A stretch of 64,000 nt of DNA from Bacillota bacterium. Lineage in GTDB: Bacteria; Bacillota; Clostridia; Acetivibrionales; DTU013. Positions 58,671 through 64,000 of the stretch are shown in pieces. The DNA lies in assembly GCA_023435745.1 (NCBI GenBank), contig JAEZMD010000018.1:344090-408089 (forward strand), read 5' to 3'. Positions within the stretch are counted from its first letter, which is position 1, and each line of letters opens with the position of its first letter. Made by a program: the position numbers and the translations under genes. A model generated the notes under the pieces. The model had not been told where the DNA came from. It saw only the letters and a program-made list of their open reading frames with translations, and ran no database searches.

Positions 58671-59723
58671 ATGAAGATACTTAATACAGCAATTATAGGC
58701 TGCGGAGCCATATTTGTAAATCATGCCGAGGCTGTTGCCGGTCTGGACACATCCAGGCTCTATGCGGTATGCGACGAGGATAAGATGAAGGCGGAGGAAG
58801 CGGCACAGCGCTTTGATTGCCGTTGCTTTACAGACTACAGAGAGATGCTGAAGGATGAGAATATTGATGTGGTACACATTTGCACTCCTCATTATCTTCA
58901 TGCTCCAATGGCTGTCGAGGCAATGCGGCGCGGGAAGCATGTATTGACGGAGAAGCCCGTGTCTGTCTGTGTGGAGCAGGCTCTGGAGATGAACAGGGCT
59001 TCAAAGGAAACAGGCAAGGTGCTGGGCGTCTGCTTTCAAAACAGGTATAATTCTACATCGTTGAGAATAAAAGAAATTTTACTCTCAGGCAATGCCGGAA
59101 GGATACTGGGCGCAAAAGCGATCATTACATGGAACAGGCAGGCTGCGTATTATACCAGGAGCAGCTGGCGGGGCAGCCGTGAAAAGGAAGGCGGAGGCGT
59201 GCTGATCAATCAGGCGATCCATACGCTGGATCTGATACAGTGGTTTATGGGTGAGGTGGATAGTCTCAAGGCTCATGTAGATACCCGGCTCTTAAATGGA
59301 ATCATCGAGGTCGAGGACACTGCCGACGCTACGATTACTTTTAAAAATGGAAGCAGCTGTATTTTCTATGCAACAAACAACTATATGGCCGACTCGCCGA
59401 TTGAGCTTGAGATTATTTGTGAGAAAGCGGTTATCAGCCTGCGGGACAAGCTGACGGTTACTTACTCCGACGGCGCTGTTGAGCAGGTATCTGAGATAGA
59501 TACCGCATCAGGAGAGAAAGCATATTGGGGCTGCAGCCATAAGCATCTGATCCGGGACTTCCATGAAAAGCTCCATGAAGGCAGGGAGTTTGAGCTGACA
59601 GGTGAGCAGGGGATCAAAACAATTGAAATAATTGAGGCAATATACAGATCTTCGGAAACAGGGATGCGTGTGGACTTCAAAAACAGGGCATACTTCGGGC
59701 TGAGGGATGCACATGGCACTTGA
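58671..59723 (+). CDS. Gfo/Idh/MocA family oxidoreductase
   Basis: Contains AIIGCGAI (Rossmann fold) and GKHVLTEKP, the family motif. Confidence 0.8.
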   Translation: MKILNTAIIGCGAIFVNHAEAVAGLDTSRLYAVCDEDKMKAEEAAQRFDCRCFTDYREMLKDENIDVVHICTPHYLHAPMAVEAMRRGKHVLTEKPVSVCVEQALEMNRASKETGKVLGVCFQNRYNSTSLRIKEILLSGNAGRILGAKAIITWNRQAAYYTRSSWRGSREKEGGGVLINQAIHTLDLIQWFMGEVDSLKAHVDTRLLNGIIEVEDTADATITFKNGSSCIFYATNNYMADSPIELEIICEKAVISLRDKLTVTYSDGAVEQVSEIDTASGEKAYWGCSHKHLIRDFHEKLHEGREFELTGEQGIKTIEIIEAIYRSSETGMRVDFKNRAYFGLRDAHGT

Positions 59724-59779
59724 CAAAACCTGCTCTGTGCCTTAAAATAGCATATGGCTCTGAAAATTGCCACAGATGC

Positions 59780-59857
59780 GGTGGACTTAGCTCAGTTGGT
59801 TAGAGCGCCAGGTTGTGGCCCTGGAGGTCGTGGGTTCGATTCCCATAGTTCACCCCA
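59780..59857 (+). tRNA. tRNA-His (anticodon GUG) with G-1 and encoded CCA
   Basis: G-1 at 59780 pairs with C73. The acceptor stem is GTGGACT/AGTTCAC, the anticodon stem is CCAGG/CCTGG with loop TTGTGGC, and the T arm is GTGGG-TTCGATT-CCCAT. Confidence 0.92.
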
Positions 59858-59863
59858 TAAATG

Positions 59864-59895
59864 CGGGAAGCAGATTATTCTGTTTCCCGTTTTTG
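59864..59895 (+). terminator. Terminator after tRNA-His
   Basis: CGGGAAGCAG pairs with CTGTTTCCCG (one G-U), followed by TTTTT. Confidence 0.7.
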
Positions 59896-60034
59896 ATGTT
59901 CGCAATCATTCTCTTTTGCAAATATTTTCTTTTCGTCCATCTTGAAAATCAAAATAATCGTATCCCAATCAATATTATTGCATTTACGGGGCCGGGCAAG
60001 TGTAATAAAATGAACTGAGAGAGGGGTGGAATAA

Positions 60035-62068
60035 ATGGACAGTGTATTCAGCATCTATGGGGCGGGATTGATCCGCGAATGTAATAATGAAATCCTCCGG
60101 ATCGAGCCATGGGGGGCCGACAGCCTTCGAGTCCGCGGCACAAAACAAGCCGCTGTCGAGGAGGGGAAGGACTGGGCGCTGCTGCCTCAGGAAAGCTGCG
60201 CCGATGCAAAAGCTGTTATTTCGGAGGATGGCCTGACGGCTAAGGTAATAAACGGAAAAATCACTGCAGAGATATCAGCAAGCGGAAAAATCACATTTTA
60301 CAATCGTGAAGGCAAGGTTTTGCTGGAGGAATATGTCAGGAGCCGTGCAAATCTAAATGAATTCGTCAGCGCCCTGTGCATCGATGCCCGCGAATATTCG
60401 CCGATTCCCGGAACGAATGATTTTAGACTGACCATGCGCTTTGAACCAAATGAGAAGGAGAAGATCTTTGGAATGGGCCAGTACCAGCAGCCTTATCTTG
60501 ACATGAAGGGCTGTACCCTTGAACTGGCTCACAGAAATTCACAGGCAAGCGTTCCGTTCGCACTTTCCAGTGAAGGCTATGGTTTTCTCTGGAACAATCC
60601 TTCCACGGGAAAGGTGATTTTTGGCAAAAACGTAACAGAGTGGTTTGCCGGGTCTGTTCAACAGCTGGATTATTGGATCACAGCGGGGGACAGTCCCGCC
60701 GAAATAGAAGAGGCATATGCCCGTGCAACCGGCACGGCGCCCATGATGCCGGATTATGGTATGGGCTTCTGGCAATGCAAGCTCCGTTACCAGACACAGG
60801 AGGAGCTGCTTGAGGTGGCCCGTGAATATAAGCGCAGAGGGCTTCCCATCTCTGTGATCGTTGTTGATTTTTTCCACTGGACGAAGCAGGGAGAGTGGAA
60901 GTTCGACCCTGAATACTGGCCCGATCCTGAAGCGATGGTGAGAGAACTCAAACAGATGGGAATAGAGCTGATGGTCTCAATATGGCCGACTGTGGATAAG
61001 ACCAGTGAAAACTTTGCCGAGATGTCGAAAAAGGGCTATCTGGTAAGGACTGACAGGGGTAACTCCATCGTGATGGACTGGATGGGCAATACCATGTTTT
61101 ATGACGCAACCAATCCAAAGGCTCGAAAATATGTATGGGAGATTGCCCGGAAAAACTATTATGAAAAAGGAATAAAAATCTTTTGGCTGGATGAGGCCGA
61201 ACCGGAGTATTCCGAATACGAATTCGACAATTACCGCTATCATGCCGGTACAGCGCTTCAGGTGAGCAATATCTATCCGGTCATGTATGCGAAAACCTTT
61301 TTTGACGGCATGAAAGCCGAAGGCCAGGAAAACATTATCAACCTGATACGCTGCGCCTGGGCGGGAAGTCAGCGCTATGGAGCGCTCGTCTGGTCGGGTG
61401 ACATTCATTCCAGCTTCAGATCACTGAGAAACCAGTTAAGGGCGGGTCTCAATATGGGCATCGCCGGGATTCCCTGGTGGACTACGGATATTGGAGGATT
61501 CCACAGCGGGGACATCCGTGATCCCGAGTTCCATGAATGTCTGATCCGTTGGTTCCAGTACGGGGCTTTCTGCCCGGTATTCAGGCTCCATGGCGACCGT
61601 GAACCGCACTCAGAGCCCATTGGTACGTCGGGCGGCGGTAAATTCGGAAGCGGCGCGGCTAATGAAGTCTGGAGTTATGGCGAAAAGGCGTATGAGATAT
61701 TTAAAAAATACATGCTTCTGCGGGAGCGCCTGCGCCCTTATATCACCGGACTGATGGAGGCGGCGCATGAAAAAGGAACGCCGCCGATGAGACCGCTGTT
61801 TTACGATTTCCCGCAGGACAGCACTGCATGGGAGGTTGACGACCAGTATATGTTCGGACCTGATATCATGGTAGCGCCGATCCTGTATGAAGGTGTACGC
61901 AGCCGAAGGGTCTGGCTGCCCGCAGGTGCAAGCTGGAAAAACACAATCGACAGCAGACGTCATGAAGGCGGCCAATGGATCGAATGTGATGCTCCAATTG
62001 AATCAATCCCTGTATTCCTGAGGGATAACGCCGATCATTCTGGGTATAGTTTTCTTCAAGACATCTGA
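60035..62068 (+). CDS. Glycoside hydrolase family 31 (alpha-xylosidase/alpha-glucosidase type)
   Basis: Contains KIFWLDEAEPE (nucleophile region), LVWSGDIHSSF and IPWWTTDIGGF, which are GH31 signatures. Confidence 0.85.
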   Translation: MDSVFSIYGAGLIRECNNEILRIEPWGADSLRVRGTKQAAVEEGKDWALLPQESCADAKAVISEDGLTAKVINGKITAEISASGKITFYNREGKVLLEEYVRSRANLNEFVSALCIDAREYSPIPGTNDFRLTMRFEPNEKEKIFGMGQYQQPYLDMKGCTLELAHRNSQASVPFALSSEGYGFLWNNPSTGKVIFGKNVTEWFAGSVQQLDYWITAGDSPAEIEEAYARATGTAPMMPDYGMGFWQCKLRYQTQEELLEVAREYKRRGLPISVIVVDFFHWTKQGEWKFDPEYWPDPEAMVRELKQMGIELMVSIWPTVDKTSENFAEMSKKGYLVRTDRGNSIVMDWMGNTMFYDATNPKARKYVWEIARKNYYEKGIKIFWLDEAEPEYSEYEFDNYRYHAGTALQVSNIYPVMYAKTFFDGMKAEGQENIINLIRCAWAGSQRYGALVWSGDIHSSFRSLRNQLRAGLNMGIAGIPWWTTDIGGFHSGDIRDPEFHECLIRWFQYGAFCPVFRLHGDREPHSEPIGTSGGGKFGSGAANEVWSYGEKAYEIFKKYMLLRERLRPYITGLMEAAHEKGTPPMRPLFYDFPQDSTAWEVDDQYMFGPDIMVAPILYEGVRSRRVWLPAGASWKNTIDSRRHEGGQWIECDAPIESIPVFLRDNADHSGYSFLQDI

Positions 62069-62242
62069 GGGCCTTTTGCATTGGTATATATCTGAATTGC
62101 TCCGGGAGATTGCCGGATTACTTAAAGAATCATGATAGCAAATAATGTCCATATGGAAGGGTAATGTGGCGAGACTTCATCGGACTCTTTTAATATAATA
62201 AAAGAAAACGGTGATAGGGATTATTTTGAGGAGGATGAACTG

Positions 62243-62962
62243 ATGAAAAAAGCATTGATCGTACATGGCGGATGGGACGGTCACGAGCCGGTGCAAGTAT
62301 CTGAGGTATTTCGAAGCGTCCTGGCCAGGGAGAATTTCGAAGTGGAGATCAGTGATACGCTGGACTCTTTTTTGGATGTGGAAAAGCTGAAGTCACTGCA
62401 TTTGATTGTTCCGGTATGGACGATGGGAAAAATTACATTAGAGCAGATACAACCTGTTATAGAGGCAGTAGCTTCAGGGGTGGGAATTGCCGGCTGCCAT
62501 GGCGGCATGTGCGATTCGTTTCGGGAATGCGTGGAATGGCAATTTTTGACCGGGGGTCAATGGGTTTCACATCCGGGAGGCGACGGAGTCAGATATAAGG
62601 TGAATATACGAAGAGCATCCAGCCCTATTGTTGAAGGTATAGAGGATTTTGACGTAAAAAGCGAGCAATACTATGTGCATGTTGATCCGGCCATCGAGGT
62701 GCTTGCAACTACGAGGTTCCCCGTAGTGAACTGGTATCATGCTTCAAATGGAGAGGTAGATGTGCCTGTAGTCTGGACCAAGAGATGGGGGCATGGGCGG
62801 GTGTTCTACAATTCTCTTGGGCATCATGCGGATATCTTCGACATCCCTGCAGTTCTGGAGATGATGAGAAGAGGATTCCTTTGGGCGGCGGAAGGCAAAG
62901 ATATCGCAGTGCGCGACGGTTTAAATGCAGATGTGTTTAAGAGCGAAGCTAAAATGTTTTAA
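62243..62962 (+). CDS. ThuA-domain (trehalose-utilisation-like) protein
   Basis: KALIVHGGWDGHEP...FYNSLGHH is a ThuA-like pattern, and the gene is adjacent to Gfo/Idh/MocA genes. Confidence 0.7.
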   Translation: MKKALIVHGGWDGHEPVQVSEVFRSVLARENFEVEISDTLDSFLDVEKLKSLHLIVPVWTMGKITLEQIQPVIEAVASGVGIAGCHGGMCDSFRECVEWQFLTGGQWVSHPGGDGVRYKVNIRRASSPIVEGIEDFDVKSEQYYVHVDPAIEVLATTRFPVVNWYHASNGEVDVPVVWTKRWGHGRVFYNSLGHHADIFDIPAVLEMMRRGFLWAAEGKDIAVRDGLNADVFKSEAKMF

Positions 62963-62989
62963 TAATTAGCAAAGGAGATGGCGAATGAG

Positions 62990-64000
62990 ATGAAAAAGGT
63001 AAAAGTGGGGATTATCGGCTGCGGAAACATCAGCGAAATTTATTTTAAGAACCTGACGCAGAAATTTCAAATAACTGAGGTGGCGGCATGCGCCGACCTG
63101 GTCCCTGAACGTGCTGCGGAAAGGGCTAAGGAATTCAATGTGCCAAAGGCCTGCTCCGTTGAGGAGCTGCTGGCCGATCCTGAAATCAGGATAGTTGTCA
63201 ACCTGACTATTCCTGCGGCTCATACGGAAATCAACCTTGCAGCATTGAATGCCGGCAAGCATGTGCATTGTGAAAAACCTCTTGCAATAACGCGGGAGGA
63301 GGGCAAGAAGGTCCTGGAGCTTGCGAGGGAAAAGGGGCGCCTGGTGGGCTGTGCGCCGGATACATTTCTGGGCGGAGGCCTGCAGACCTGCAGGAAGCTT
63401 GTGGATGACGGATGGATAGGTGTGCCGGTCGCGGCTACTGCTTTTATGACCTGCCATGGACATGAAAGCTGGCATCCTTCTCCGGAATTCTATTACAAGG
63501 TGGGCGGCGGCCCGATGTTTGACATGGGACCGTATTACCTGACGGCGCTGGTTTCTCTGCTTGGCCCGGTAAGGCGGGTTACAGGCTCCGCGAGGATTTC
63601 CTTCCCTCAGAGAATGATTACCAGCGAGCCGAAATACGGCGAGATTATTGATGTTGAAGTGCCGACCCATGTGGCGGGCATACTGGATTTTGAAAATGGA
63701 GCGGTGGCTACCATCATTACCAGCTTTGACATATGGAGCGCCAATCTACCCCGCATTGAGATATACGGCAGCGCGGGGTCTTTAATGGTACCTGATCCCA
63801 ATACCTTTGGCGGTCCGGTATTCTTCCGTATGCGCGGACAAAATGAGTGGAAGGAGATTCCGCTGGTATTTGGTTACAGTGAAAACAGCCGGGGCGTGGG
63901 TGTTGCGGATATGGCTCATGCGTTGACATCAGGCGGGAAAAACAGGGCGAGCGGCGATATGGCCTACCACGTGCTGGATATGATGCAGGGCTTTCATGAT
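62990..64000 (+). CDS. Gfo/Idh/MocA family oxidoreductase; the 3' end runs off the window
   Basis: Not in the track because there is no stop inside the window. It reads [18 protein letters not shown]...[11 protein letters not shown] and stays in frame to 64000. The minus-strand track ORF at 62966..63670 lies antisense to it. Confidence 0.8.
   Translation, partial: MKKVKVGIIGCGNISEIYFKNLTQKFQITEVAACADLVPERAAERAKEFNVPKACSVEELLADPEIRIVVNLTIPAAHTEINLAALNAGKHVHCEKPLAITREEGKKVLELAREKGRLVGCAPDTFLGGGLQTCRKLVDDGWIGVPVAATAFMTCHGHESWHPSPEFYYKVGGGPMFDMGPYYLTALVSLLGPVRRVTGSARISFPQRMITSEPKYGEIIDVEVPTHVAGILDFENGAVATIITSFDIWSANLPRIEIYGSAGSLMVPDPNTFGGPVFFRMRGQNEWKEIPLVFGYSENSRGVGVADMAHALTSGGKNRASGDMAYHVLDMMQGFHD

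Noticed and set aside
62966-63670. 234-aa minus-strand ORF from the track
   Set aside because: It lies antisense to a clear plus-strand Gfo/Idh/MocA CDS (62990..64000, with GIIGCGNIS and GKHVHCEKP motifs) that the track missed because it has no stop in the window. The minus ORF has a skewed Arg/His-rich composition and no RBS.

Overview
This is a 64-kb chromosomal segment that looks like a Gram-positive anaerobe of the Bacillota/Clostridia type. Supporting signs are GGAGG-type ribosome-binding sites (RBS), a T-box leader, a Spo0A-family regulator, a DUF1540 gene, and wall proteins with SLH and copper-amine-oxidase-N domains. I support about 50 protein genes and two tRNAs, Lys-UUU and His-GUG.

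In order along the window:
- A truncated GHL10/DUF187 glycosidase-like gene and a GH3 beta-glycosidase.
- A heterodimeric ABC exporter pair behind a leader-peptide attenuator.
- mscL, a SAM methyltransferase, a GNAT and a ferredoxin-domain protein.
- A DUF1538 membrane protein plus PII-like operon.
- A FAD/Rieske oxidoreductase, a DUF1189 protein and a THUMP methyltransferase.
- aroA, a divergent aroC, aroK and a divergent Spo0A-like regulator, all coupled.
- hup, a USP-family gene, two-subunit class I fumarate hydratase, a DUF1858 gene and purA.
- A CarD-like gene, a PilZ protein convergent with an unassignable 829-aa protein, prfC and a TGS-uridine kinase fusion.
- xylB-xylR-xylA and an SLH wall protein.
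- A complete Pho/Pst locus (pstSCAB-phoU-phoP-phoR) with visible Pho boxes.
- An amidase-domain gene, cheW and argJ.
- T-box(Val)-valS, nadE, and a GH31 / ThuA / Gfo-Idh-MocA sugar cluster.

I found no rRNA, CRISPR array, transposase, integrase or phage gene. Two CDSs that run off the window edges (1..2070 minus, 62990..64000 plus) and a 58-aa DUF1540 gene are missing from the supplied ORF track.

The items most worth follow-up are:
1. The DUF1538 transporter-like protein with one fused PII-like module, translationally coupled to a tandem double-PII protein. That makes 2+1 modules for a fold that normally forms a trimer.
2. A roughly 240-nt non-coding multi-hairpin element (23594..23836) with a compact four-way junction and G-U pairs that favour the plus strand.
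3. A chorismate synthase homologue lacking the active-site histidines regarded as invariant.
4. The 829-aa orphan protein next to the PilZ gene.
5. Unexplained short-repeat arrays upstream of xylB and between pstS and the amidase-domain gene.

All function calls come from motif recognition by eye, and no database search was possible.
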